From positions 248,001-312,000 of the forward strand of contig JAKMXF010000316.1 of NCBI GenBank assembly GCA_024704765.1: 64,000 bases of DNA. The letters run 5' to 3'. Position numbers and translations under genes: made by a program. Below are positions 37,800-48,739 of the stretch, piece by piece. This DNA comes from Oopsacas minuta (lineage: Eukaryota > Animalia > Porifera). Positions within the stretch are counted from its first letter, which is position 1. Each line of letters begins with the position of its first letter. The notes under the pieces are model-generated. The model saw only the letters and a list, made by a program, of their open reading frames with translations. It did no database searches and was not told where the DNA came from.

Positions 37800-39100
37800 A
37801 TTAATACATGAACAAAAGAGACAAAATTTATATATTATAAGTAGGTCAAAATGAACAAGTAGGTTATATATTTGTTAAATTTAATACTATTAGATAATCA
37901 CGTAGCTATGATATAGTAATCAATCTTTACAGCAATAATATTGATCAAGGATATTAGTTAAAAATAAGAAAAAGAATCTAACTGGGTCTAAGCTAGAAAG
38001 TAAATATAACGCACCATTTGAGGTAATTCATACATCAAGTAGCCATACAGAATGCAATAAAGACAACAAAATATAAAGGTTTCCCTTACATCTTATTAGG
38101 AAATTTCAAAAACGCAATTTTCTAAAAAAGACAAAGGCATACGTACACTATATAACTAAAGTGTAATTCAAGTTACGTTTGGTAATTTTAGTTAATCAAA
38201 TTCTCCAAGTCCACATGAAGTTTATTTATATTAGTATAAAGGCATAAATGATTTAGAAAATCACTCCAAATAACCAAAAGCTATCGAAAAACAAAAAATA
38301 AACTATTAAGAAGTTACCCGAAGTAACAATCAAGACTAAATTTGTGGATGGGTTAGCCTAGGTAAATATTCTAGATGAATTATGGTTACCTACTTGCTGA
38401 AATAAGGTAGAATGGCATGTTATACCCATGATAAATGCAGGATTCAGACAGAAATTACCTTAATGGAGTATTTCAAAAGGAAGTCCTTTCAAAGATTTGG
38501 CACTTAAAATAAAATAATTTCTTGAATATTAGCTTTTTCCAAACAACACAGCAAGTTAAAATTCCTTGTAAATTAGGATGCTATAACACAACAAATAAGG
38601 CAAAACCTTTATTTCTCAGATTCTCAAATGGCGGAAAAGTCCAAATCTATATCTTGGTTAGATCCAATCCTATCTATAATTGGAAAACCCTTCAGGGATT
38701 ATACCTTGGCCACGTGAAAGTATAAAAGATGATGGCAATTGCTTCTTTAGATACTTTTCTAAACTCATGACTAGGTCGGAAGATTTTCATGGGAGATTCC
38801 GCCATGAGATTTGTAAGAGAGAATATTTCAAGGTGAAATTCAAATCTCAGTGACTGACCTAAATAATTATGACAAAAAAAGTCGAGAGTATCATTAATTT
38901 TAATAGTCCAAATTATCTACATCATACCATTTATCCTAAAGAACACAAGTTTGCATGGGGATACCCGATGTTCTATACAGGTGTGAGGTATGTTGATAGT
39001 CTCAAGCTATCCCATGTATTCGTTTGGCAACCAACTGACGTTATCCCCATGCAAACGAGAAATCTTTCAGGATATATTATAAGATGTAAGTAATATAGAA
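37800..39100 (+). pseudogene. Decayed Ginger1-like (gypsy-integrase-related) element with OTU domain remnant
   Basis: ILVKN...SKLESKYNAPFEVI (GPY/F-like, ~37930-38030) followed by SIKDDGNCFFRYFSKLM (OTU, ~38717-38770). Confidence 0.45.
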
Positions 39101-40580
39101 TACTCAAATAAAGGATTTTTCTGGACATATTTCGTTAAATTTTAGGCCAATTGCTGAGATCTACACTATTTGGTAAATGAATCAAATGATAACGAAAAAT
39201 AAACAACAAAACAGACGATAACATAGTGTATTCATGTCAATTATGTGATAAATATCCAGAAATAAGGAATGGTGGAGGTGTTTGAAGATCATTTGGGGGG
39301 TTGATAGGTACATAAGTAAACTTAGCTAACATAGCGGCGTCGAAAAAGGGGTCACTCGATGGTTTCAGGACAAAATTTGAGATTGGAATGTTGTCACGTT
39401 ACTGATGAACTTAGCGATGATGGGAAAAATGCCTGAAATATGGTCAAAATGTAAATCAAACGGATGGCAATTTGATGCTAAGCAGGTATATGACAAGTTG
39501 TTCCGAAACCAAATGAATTCGCTGGCCAACATTTACAACACCGGCGATTCCTATAGGATACCAAGTTTTAAACTCCAAATTTTTATCTTATTGGAATCCG
39601 ATTTTATTGAACTCTTAGTCTGTTATTCCCAAGACAAGATAGTACGAACACATGCAATGAAACAATTTGTCGCAAATTTTAAGAGTCAAACATCAATTGA
39701 CCGTACTAGTATAGAAATAGGATAGCAATGGCCTTCCTTAGAGACATTTATGTTACGGTTACCCAATATAATTTTAGTTTCTAATCTCATAAATCCACAG
39801 TTAGCTAGCTATTGTTCAAAATTATGCTTATAGTGAAGGAATTTTGCGATGAAGTAACACATATTTCTATGCATGTGCCGGAACGGGACAATTTTTGTTG
39901 GATCTGGGCCCGGCCGGATCTACAAATTTTTGATCTGGTGAATCAGTTTCCTGACTAGATTATTCAAATGCATTTATATAATCACTGAAATTCTGAATGT
40001 ATTATAATTATATTGACTATTACGTTAATTTATATACATACGCTAACCGAACAAATTACTTTCACACAACTTAAACACAGTCGTAAATCCTGGTAATGTG
40101 ACGAATATTTGAATATGTATAAGATAAAATGTGGCTGAAAGAATTATTTGATTATCTTAGTTATAGATGTTAATCTATAAGTAAGGCCAAGAAATATATA
40201 ATAATGCGTAACTAATGACTCGTGTAGCCTTTGCTTAAGATACGTGAAGAACTCGATTTCAAACCAAAATATGAATATAACCCCTGCAATGTGTTGGAAT
40301 GAGGAAGAGATATACAAGACAATCTCTGAAGATAATGATAGGCTGTTAGGGAGATTAGATGTGTTTTGAGAGGCAAAATCTGTATCACTATGTTAGATCT
40401 TAGCCTTTTTTTGGGACAATACTGTTCTGGAGCTGGCAAGGAATTAAGTCATCAAAAGATTCAGAATCGTACATGTTATCAATGACATATCAATAGCATG
40501 TTGGATATCGGTCCCAAGATGCAATATGACATTATCAGAACTATTGGAAATAACCTCCAGGTGGTGCATACGGTTGATAA

Positions 40581-40840
40581 TAGGGCTGTATCAACTCATT
40601 TTATTGAATGAGTTGAATGAGTTGGCAGCCCTCAAATGAATGAGTTGAATGAGTTGGTAACCCTCAAATGAATGAGTTAAATGAGTTGATAGTTCAATGA
40701 AATGAGTTGAAATAAGTTACATAAGCTAAATGAATTGAATGAGTTGAATGAGTTGGTTACATCCAAAAGAATGGGTTGAATGAGTTGGTAGAAAAATATG
40801 AGTTGATTTTACCAACTCAAAATAAGTTGATGCAGTCCTG
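40581..40840. mobile_element. hAT MITE (260 bp) filled with GAATGAGTT repeats
   Basis: TIR TAGGGCTGTATCAACTCATTT / CAGGACTGCATCAACTTATTT; exact 8-bp TSD GTTGATAA at 40573-80 and 40841-48. Confidence 0.9.
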
Positions 40841-40991
40841 GTTGATAAAGCAGAAATATATCTAAAAAGCGATTTAAATTGTCGAATATCACATAGGGTT
40901 ACTTAAGGAATTGGGAAATGTTCACCATTATGATATGAGCTAATGGACAAGTCAATTCCTACTGATATGTATGTAATCACTTCAATCTTAC

Positions 40992-41242
40992 AATTATTAT
41001 CGATACGTAGACGCGTAAACACAAATTCAGATACTATGTAGGCCTGTTGCGTACTATTTTGAGTAGAGTATAGAATTCCCAGATTAATGTATGGAACGCG
41101 AATTTGCATGTGGTTATTGTAATTGAGTGATAAATGTCTGCTGAGATTCTGTGTTACAAGGGATTGATCAGGTACTTTTTCCAGGCCAGCCAAAATTGTG
41201 CCCACGGTCGCCCTTGTGTTACTTAAATAAGTATATAAACTC
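40992..41242 (-). CDS. CFAP46: Possible further CFAP46 exon
   Basis: SLYTYL...RATV...LAGLEK..DQ...TQNL....LN...LGILYST.NSTQQAYIVSE aligns weakly with recalled human SLMTLLRCQV..MAQIEEDEDR...TEHL....LD...TTLYQAPERAEDKAIMAVE. AG and GT sites are present but the boundaries are uncertain. Confidence 0.35.
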
Positions 41243-41949
41243 CTACATTATTGAAGTCACAATTTTATTGATAATTCAGAAAACTCTTATGTTAAACTTT
41301 TATTTGTTTTCTGAAATTTCTCCTCTTATGTAATTTCACATTATATCATGTATATTTTATCTATATATTGTGAACTTACATGTTTGTTTGGATATTACAA
41401 TTTATGTACTTTGTATTTATTTATCTTAATTCATTAAACTCTGATATGTTGTTCAGAAATTTTGTTTAATTAAGACACAATTAGTTTCGAGAGAAATAGA
41501 CGTTTTATGTTCACCAAGATGGATCTTTAATACACTAACCTTTCATGTTTACTTGCACACTCCCTGAAACTATTAAAATCAATAAAATGTTATTCCAGTC
41601 ATGTTGCGAACCAAAGTAAGTGAATAATTACTACTTTGTATACTGTATGAAATATAGGTGAAATATTGAAATTTGTAAGGCATATTTCATCTCTAGAGTG
41701 TAGATAGTTGAGTATTACAATCAACCACATGTACAATTCGTGTTACATACTTAAATCTCAGAAGTCTATACTCTCCCAAAATACCACGATATGAGTTCCC
41801 ATGGAGTTACTTAATACAAGAATCTCAAAATGCTACGCAACAAACCATAAATATTCAACTGAAAGAAAAGGTAACTTAACCTAGGCTGAGTAAAACAGCT
41901 ATATTGAGAAGTTCGTCATCCTTGTTCTCTAGAGAGATGGCTGCAGGGC

Positions 41950-42184
41950 ATCTCTTGGTTAGTTCCGTCTCCATTCGGCAATCTTTATGTGGTTTTGACT
42001 TCATCCTCTTAAAATGTTTGGAGCACACGTACACAACTTTCAGTTCGTCTATATGATCTCTGTGTAGTGCTAAGGGCCAAACATGTCTCAGTTCATCAGG
42101 CATCTGTGGCATCGTGTATACAGTTATTCTGCCTTTCGGGTCATAGTGGCTTGTACAACCTGATGCAGAACACGAGTTTGGAAT
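41950..42184 (-). pseudogene. THAP zinc-finger fragment (P-element-type transposase N-terminus)
   Basis: (I)PNSCSASGC...YTMP...LRHVW...LHR....VYVCSKHF fits the C2CH THAP consensus; start codon decayed to ATT. Confidence 0.75.
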
Positions 42185-42443
42185 GATTGTAAGGCAGTAG
42201 GTAGTATAGAAATCTATCGGGAAGCGTCAGAAGGATGTGTTACAAAGAGAACACAAGAAAACATCATAAAGTGTATGCAATTTATGTCTTTCAAGAATGT
42301 GAATATATGTTATGGAGAATATTTAATCATTTTGGGTTGTTGATACAAAATATATACATACATATTTACCAATGAATGTAGTCATTATTGGTCATTAATA
42401 ATTCACCTTCAAATTCATCAAAATATATAGATTAAGAAACTGA

Positions 42444-42656
42444 TCATAACCTTATGATTGGAATAGGTGTTTTTGAACTCAATAGATAATTCCTGTAATT
42501 GGACAGTATCAATCTCTTATGCATGTGAACATTACACGTAACACTGACAAAGTCCTTCTTTCCAGACATTGGTGAATATTTATCATCCTGATAAAACGAT
42601 TCAACTAGTTTGGTTGCTTCTTCAAGTAATGGTTTTGCTATAGATTCACTCCTCAT
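42444..42656 (-). pseudogene. DNA transposase N-terminal fragment (possibly Sola2-like)
   Basis: VESFYQDD...MSGKKDFVSV...KRLILSN matches a common invertebrate transposase motif FY.DD..SR..PGKKD.VSV...KRL. The family name is tentative. Confidence 0.4.
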
Positions 42657-43212
42657 AAATATACTTGTATTTAGTGCAATGTATATGTTATATTACCCCT
42701 TTTGATGTAACCTCTCCAAGTAATCCGTTATTCTAGAATAATTCTCTTGATTCACGGACTATATGATTTGAAACCTCAAAAAATATGTTAAAGATACACA
42801 GGAGGAATTTTGAGGAGCAAATGCAAGTAACTGGATTTGTGTCTGAGTGTTAGAATTCTTTACTTGGTTATTAATCAAACTCATCAATAGATCAAACTAT
42901 TCAGCAATTTGCTCTACTGTTAAAGAGTATATTGGTATCTGTTGAGAGAGTAGCTAAGTTCGACAAATGTACATCACTTGCAGAAATGCTCGGGATCTAT
43001 AAAATACAAGTAATCCAAAAACAGAATATGGATGTATATATATATTCCTAAAATTTACCTTGAAACAATCTTTCAAACTGGGTAACGTTTTATGGAGAGG
43101 AATTGTCTAAAATTTATGTTTTTCCTATGTTTTGTACAGGGGTTATGCCAAGTGCTTCGGGAAGACCTTCAATAACATCTATCATTTTCCTATATGAAAT
43201 AAAATGAATATA

Positions 43213-44086
43213 ACTAACACAAATCAAACACTAGCACTTTCACACCCTATACATACAATTGTAAATCCTTAGAAATTCGGCGAATATTTAATTATGGAAC
43301 GATAATATCGCTCAAAGCACTATTTAACTAGGTAGTTACATTATCCTGACAAAATGGGTGAATATTTCGAATAACATATTTTCTAGCTTGACTTTAATCA
43401 TTAAATAGATAATTAGGTAGGAATATATTCTACTCCTATTTTACTATATTGAAATGAGATGGAGCAATTCTGATCGCATTGTCTAATTATTCTGACGTGT
43501 ATTACCTCAGCACAAGTATTTTGCACTGTTTGGAGCAAATATTGTTGACTTAGTAGCATATTCATATCTATGCCACAAGTGGCAGAAGAGGCACATTAAA
43601 AGTATGTATGCACCACATAGTATATTTATTAACATGCCTAAAAACCGACTGTTATGAGAGTCTCAAATGATTTTCATACAGTATTCAATTCTTGTGCCAA
43701 TAATCCAGTAGCCTGCCACTTTTGACACTTGAGGCACAAATATGAAAATGCCAATAAGTCAACAAGCTCTAATCAGTTCGAGAATTTGATCCTGGGGTAA
43801 TACGCACCCGTAGATTGCGAATATGCTATAAGAATTGGTCCATTTCATTTGTATTGTGGACAATTAGGAATAGAATATAGTTCTAGTCCATTATCAATTT
43901 AATGAGTAAATTAAGCTAGAGAATATGTGATTCGATAATATTCTCCAATTTAATGAGTACAATGCTTAATAACACAGTTAAATAGATCTTTCAATAAAAT
44001 TATCATACGCATATCCAAATACTAGCAGTATTTCCACGATATACAATTGTAAATTTTGGTGTGCAAGCACTTTTGTTCCCTTAGTG
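43213..44086. mobile_element. Long-TIR Tc1-type MITE, same family as 4662-6666
   Basis: Left ~220 bp is inverted at 43880-44086, ending GTGTGCAAGCACTTTTGTTCCCTTAGTG|TA. Confidence 0.6.
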
Positions 44087-46412
44087 TACAACGAGACTTT
44101 AACTTATCAATTTACAGTTTGTTTGTAACATAATACCTGGGTTAGTGTAAATCTTGCTGATCAAGTTTTGATTAATGGAGATTGCAAATACTTCCTAGAA
44201 ACCTATTGGCCTGTTTATTGTAGTAAGAGCTTTGCTATCTTCATATCCTTTACGGTTATTCAACATTTTGCAATTTCAGAACAACAGAGTGGACATAGCT
44301 TTGTCCCAGGAACAAGAGATATTTCAAGACTGAATAAATCCATCGCCAAACTTTGAGTTATTATTTTACTACTTACCAAGTCATAATTTAGATACATATT
44401 ACTTAAATTCTATACTCAATCTCACCTTCGATGTGTTTTTCTCTCCATGATGCCTAAAGATCCTCGTAAATGGGTGTAAGAGCACAAATTTATTTAAATA
44501 AATCATTTTTAGTGTAGACATATTGTATTGAATTGATCTACTTTAATATGTCCGCCATACTATTAATTAAATCTCTTTTCCCGAGAGCCCAGCAATTTAC
44601 AATATGGAACTATGCCATTAGTATATGTTGTCCTGTGACATAGTGTAGACTATTCTATATCACCGATTGAACAATTCATAATAACACACACAAATGGAAT
44701 TATCGAACTTATTTACTGTTTGTAATTTCTAAACTACCAATAATTATAGTAACTATGGATAAATGATTAAGGCCTTAGATAGGCATTCCATAGCTGCCAT
44801 GCGTTGGATGAGTTCAAGATTCAGTAGTAACTAGGGAAATGAATTATCACAAATATTTAAATTGAAAACTGCCTAACATTCGTTTATTGACGCAGATAAT
44901 ATTAACGAAATGAATTACAGTAGAACTTAGTTAATACACACAAACGGATAATACGAACAAATATAGTCTCCTTATCAGTCCCCTTCGAATAAAATTGAAA
45001 GAAATCACTCCGGATAAGGCCTAAGCAGTACCAATATCAACAGTTCCTTGGTATAAGCAATAAAGAGGTCTTAAAATAATTCATTTCCAAATATGTTTTA
45101 GCACGATTATCAATAAATTAGGAACCAAATAAGACAAAACTCGAACTAGAAATCTTGAAATACTTACGAAAATAAAGTGTCTAAAGTCAAATTTTTAAAA
45201 TTGTTCTGATACTATGGACATCCTTTGAGTAACAATAGGGGCAGTGAAGGGTTTACTAAGCCTCTTAGCAAATAAATAATAGAATAATATCTGTATACTC
45301 ATTATGATTCAGATTACATCACAAAATTTAGGGGTCAGCGTGAAGTCATCATATATAACTCATAGGGAACAAATGGAAGAAGTCCAAATTTTGGTCAAAC
45401 TGAGATATCCCCTATAGCATAATTTATGATAAGATATATCTATTACTTAAGAATCCTTACGGCGTTGAGCAACATTTCGTAAAAATGAGCCTGCACCAAG
45501 TTCAAATCAATATTTCCCTTAGCAGATGCTCCAAATCAGTTTGAAATGATTGCATGGTGGTCTAAAATGTTTAATCTAACTACATATCAACTTTCAGATA
45601 AATTGAAAGTTTGAAAATAAAAATATTACAACATTGGTAAAAGTAGTAAATTTAAAGATGTCCGGTTTGGAATTTTGGGACATATTTCGAAAATTGATTT
45701 TCAGAAGAAAAATTGATGGAATAAGCTGTAACTTGCAAGTTACTATAGACAAGTAATGGTCGCTCAGTGTGCAAGTTTCAGACAAATCTTAGGTGGTTGG
45801 TGAAATCAGTGAATGGTTTGATATGGAATAACCCAATAAGTCAACAAGATTTGCCCTAAAGAATTCAAATATGCTATCAATATTTTTCCATCCCATTTGA
45901 ATTCATTGCAATTTGGAATTGATTATTTAATTAGCTCATTATCTATATAATGAAAAAAGTGTGACTATAAATATCTAATGAAAAATATTCATCGATTAAG
46001 TCAGGGCAATGTTAACTATCATAATCAAATAGCTCTTTCAGGTATATTATCCTAAAATTGTATATTTAGTTGTGTGCAAGTACTTTGTTTCGGTTAGTGT
46101 AGAAAGGAATTTGAATCGTGGCATATTTAACGCACAACCAAAATTATTCTTACTTCATAAAGGTAATTCGTAAAGAGGGGGCTCCAATCCCGACCCAGCC
46201 CTACGATCTCACACCTTCTCCACGGCATTGCAGAATTGTACTGTAGGAGTACATCAGGGCTCCCTAGGGAAACTGATTTGTTTGATAATTGCTTGGAGTT
46301 TAAACTTTTCTGCAGCATATTACACTGACGCAAAATGTATCGAAGCTAATCTATAAATGAAAAGCATATAGGAATTGAAAATTAGTGAAACACGTAAGAT
46401 AGTAGAACGAAC

Positions 46413-46691
46413 CTGTTGGAGTTCAAGCAAACATTCATCAGCTAAGGAAAGATGACCATTAATTAAGGATACAAGTGCAATGAGAACCAAAATTATAGAT
46501 CGCGAACTCGGATCAAGTACTCGAATTTCCCTAAGGGACAGTGAAATGAGATTTGGATCTGCAAAGGCTGGCTGGAATTTAACATCAGGCTTGGTAATAC
46601 ATCTAAAGAGAGTGGTTAAGTCTGATTTGGAGATAAAGAAACTGTTTAACAAAACACGTCTTAATCGCATAACTTTAGCTGAATTGGATAT
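46413..46691 (-). CDS. CFAP46: Probable CFAP46 exon (279 nt, phase 0-0)
   Basis: Acceptor TTTCATTTTAG|ATA and donor CAG|GTTCGT. SIILVLIALVSL...LSLADECLLELQQ aligns with recalled human MLLLFELARFSL...MEISSACLSDLKK. Phase is compatible with the 58672 donor. Confidence 0.6.
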
Positions 46692-47299
46692 CTAAAATGA
46701 AATAAGATTATACGAATAAAAACAATGTATATTGTATACATATTTCTATGGCTAGAATTGATTGAAGAAATAGGAGGACCCTAGGGTTGATTATTGGCAA
46801 ACAGCGGCATTTTGGGCCTAGCTCGGACAAGCTTGAGTAATGGACGAAAATTCAAACATATGGTGAAATTATGACATCATTGTCACCTCTTTGGATTGTC
46901 TAAAAATCACACTATTAATCACTGCTAACTCAATAAACGTGATAGAAGTAACTCATCATGGGATTATTACATCATCATGACTGAAATAAATCAAAAATTT
47001 CGAAAATACCAGAATTCTAATCGCATCAGCAAAGGGCCAGACAGCTGACCGAAAGTGATGTAGCAGCTAGCCAGCTACAGCATTACCACAGGAGGCCATT
47101 AAAGGGAATTTGGATTGACAATGGAAAATAAATAAATAAAATTTCCACAAAAAATTATGATTAAAGCACGTAGTAACGAGTGTAACACCCGGTCGCATAG
47201 CGACCCAGAACCGAAAGAATTTAGTTATTGAATAATTCAGTTGACTTGAGGCATCCAGTTATCGCGTAGCAAACTAGAAAAGCGAAGCGCGCAAGTCTA
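46691..47299 (+). mobile_element. Non-autonomous Helitron-like unit 1
   Basis: Shares AGAATTGATTGAAGAAA...TTTTGGGCCT.GCT.GGACA with unit 2; GC-rich 3' end CGCGTAGC...AGCGAAGCGCGCAAGTCTAT. 5' boundary is inferred. Confidence 0.55.
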
Positions 47300-47900
47300 T
47301 ACTATTAAAGCCGAAATAATCTATATGTGTGTGTTTATATATTTATATATTTGCATATATCAGAATTGATTGAAGAAACTTGAAGACCTCCATGGGTGAT
47401 TTTTGGAAAAGAAAGGATTTTGGGCCTGGCTTGGACAGGTTTTAGTCTTGGAAGAAAATTCATGCCCATTACGAAATTATAACGTTATTGTCACCTTTTG
47501 GGAATCACAGATACCCCTCAATCTGACAAATTCCTGACGTTTTTATTCGGAGCAAAAGCTAACTTATTAAGGGAGTATTACGTAAACATGACTACAAAAA
47601 ATTCCTATTTCCAAAATTTTAGATTTGTGAATACCTGAGGCACTTAGTGCCGACATTCCTAACCCAAAGCGACATCACCTCAAGTCTCAATACACAAGGC
47701 CATTGAAAGTACTTTGAATGGACCAGGGATAATAACATCTAAAATCTTTACCTATAATGTGAATTCAGGGCATGTAGTGGTCCGTATATTCTGTCGCGTA
47801 GCTACCAATAAGACTATAAAATTTAGCTGTTTTATACTTAGGTAACTTGGAGCACTAAGCTTTCACGCGCAGCAACCTAGCAAGCGAGCGCGCTTTATAG
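47296..47900 (+). mobile_element. Non-autonomous Helitron-like unit 2 (head-to-tail with unit 1)
   Basis: 5' TCTATACTATTAAA typical of Helitrons; 3' CGCGCAGC...GCGAGCGCGC; colinear with unit 1 at ~65-70% identity. Confidence 0.6.
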
Positions 47901-48739
47901 ATAAATTTCGTTGAAATAGTATAGATAGAGGCTTGAACCGAGATAAATAGATATAAAGGTAATAGGTATTTCTTCACACTGCTTGAAATTGGAGGATTTT
48001 GTTAACAAAATCGCCTCGTAATCATTCAGATAACGCATTTGGATCCGAAAATATTTTGTAGATGTAGACAAAGGGGGAGCAATAGGGGGGGGCATAATTT
48101 TAACTATTTCATTACAATTCTGTGTTTGGATTCAATAAATAATAATTAATGAATCAGAACTAATCATATAGCACAGCATACTATACATAAGGCCCAACAG
48201 CAACACGTGGATTCTAAACTAGGGATAAGGAACTCGATGAAACAAATTCTGTGATTTCTATTTTGAGAAACGATAAATTTTACCCGAATAAATGTATTGC
48301 ATAATTTTAGAGTAACTAATGATCAACTATTTTATGCTAAAAATTCAGGGATTGACAATAATGTGTCTATTAGCAAATATTGGCTAAATCAGCTTACTTC
48401 TATACTCTGTCGAACGCTAATATTGCCCATTTCATTGAAAATTGAACATAAGAAATGATCTGAAGAGTTTAATACAAAAGATAAAAAATTATCATACAAA
48501 AATTAACCAGTTCTTGAACTACAGCTGGGACCAGAGATGATACAATTTCTGATAATCTACATATAATTAGATAATCGTTTGAAATTAGGTCAACTCAAGA
48601 TAACAAATATTTAGTATATACCCGAGTAACATACCTTGATAATACATTTTGTTATGATAACAAAAGCTTATTGCGGAATATAAGAAATAGCCATATATGG
48701 ACATAGTAATGATTACTTCAGATTGGTCAATTATTTTTG

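Noticed and set aside
39405-39725. 106-aa plus-strand ORF
   Set aside because: No motif recognised and no splice or TE-end context; cannot be assigned.
40590-40830. Regularly spaced short repeats suggestive of a CRISPR array
   Set aside because: The repeats are degenerate 9-mers without unique spacers, enclosed by hAT TIRs and an 8-bp TSD in a eukaryotic context; no cas genes.
42900-43190. Intron-like 62-nt GT-AG segment with flanking short open frames (TIPLHKTLPSLKDCFK / IPSISAS...)
   Set aside because: The downstream frame hits a stop without a good donor, and there is no clear protein similarity.
46154-46345. Open 192-nt phase 0-0 segment with a strong donor (GAA|GTAAGA) and SVSLGSPDV...W..C resembling CFAP46 AVRLGDPRV...WNTC
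   Set aside because: It lacks the normally conserved LPLLQ.NLR motif, is ~30 aa too short, needs the second of two close AGs, and its GC-rich part looks like TE subterminal sequence. Left uncalled pending RNA-seq.
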